This document shows, in pieces, positions 63,770 to 64,000 of a DNA stretch of 64,000 bases. Numbering within the stretch: position 1 is the first letter of the stretch; each line of letters begins with the position of its first letter. This DNA is from an uncultured Nitrospinota bacterium (GTDB lineage Bacteria > Tectomicrobia > Entotheonellia > J063 > CAVPRW01): assembly GCA_963707985.1 (NCBI GenBank), contig CAVPRW010000009.1, positions 96,001-160,000 of the forward strand. The letters are read 5' to 3'. A program made the translations under genes and the position numbers. The notes beneath the pieces were generated by a model. The model ran no database searches. It saw only the letters and a list, made by a program, of their open reading frames with translations, and was not told the origin of the DNA.

Positions 63770-63892
63770 GGGGACGGGACATCCCGCCCCCCCTAGTCGA
63801 GGGCGTCACTCGGCACGTGGCAGCGGTGAATCGAGCCTGCCCACAGAGCTGTCGGGGTCGGGCGAGGCACCGAGAAGACGGGGGACCAGATC

Positions 63893-64000
63893 ATGCGGAT
63901 ATGGCTGTTGATCATCCTAGCGCTGCTGGTGGGGTGTGCAGGGCCTCGCCCGCAGGTCATCAAGGCCCGCTTGACGCCCCAGCCCACGCTGGAGCGGCCG
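63893..64000 (+). CDS. Putative lipoprotein, runs off the window
   Basis: MRIWLLIILALLVGCAGPRPQ lipobox; GGGGA RBS. Confidence 0.45.
   Translation, partial: MRIWLLIILALLVGCAGPRPQVIKARLTPQPTLERP

Overview
GC-rich bacterial DNA. The gene mix loosely suggests a soil or sediment lineage such as Tectomicrobia, but that is an impression only. No rRNA, tRNA or CRISPR array was recognised. (1) 1-16 kb is a decayed mobile and defence region: a degenerate IS630, a small non-coding element with terminal inverted repeats, a dispersed 99-bp repeat family, a broken large serine recombinase, TA modules (intact hicBA, broken PIN pair), and a NACHT gene truncated by two nested group II intron remnants. (2) 16-52 kb holds catabolic and housekeeping genes: SDRs, quinone oxidoreductase, Rid proteins, an aminotransferase, an M20 peptidase, an acetamidase, amidohydrolases, three tandem CitE-like genes, a ketopantoate reductase-like gene and a dihydropyrimidinase-like gene. 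It also holds eroded two-component genes, IS scars, and a radical SAM gene whose CxxxCxxC motif is split by a LAGLIDADG intein. (3) 52.5-62.8 kb is the highlight: an apparently intact RiPP-type cluster between transposon remnants. It has a 43-47 aa precursor-like ORF missing from the ORF track (acidic leader, ...KIRLKTGIMAG|RIMAVHL), a hairpin, three heme-oxygenase-like di-iron oxidases each with an N-terminal RRE-like domain, a HlyD adaptor, and two ABC transporters, one with an intact C39 peptidase. Several isolated frameshifts elsewhere may be assembly errors. All assignments come from reading motifs by eye; no searches were run.
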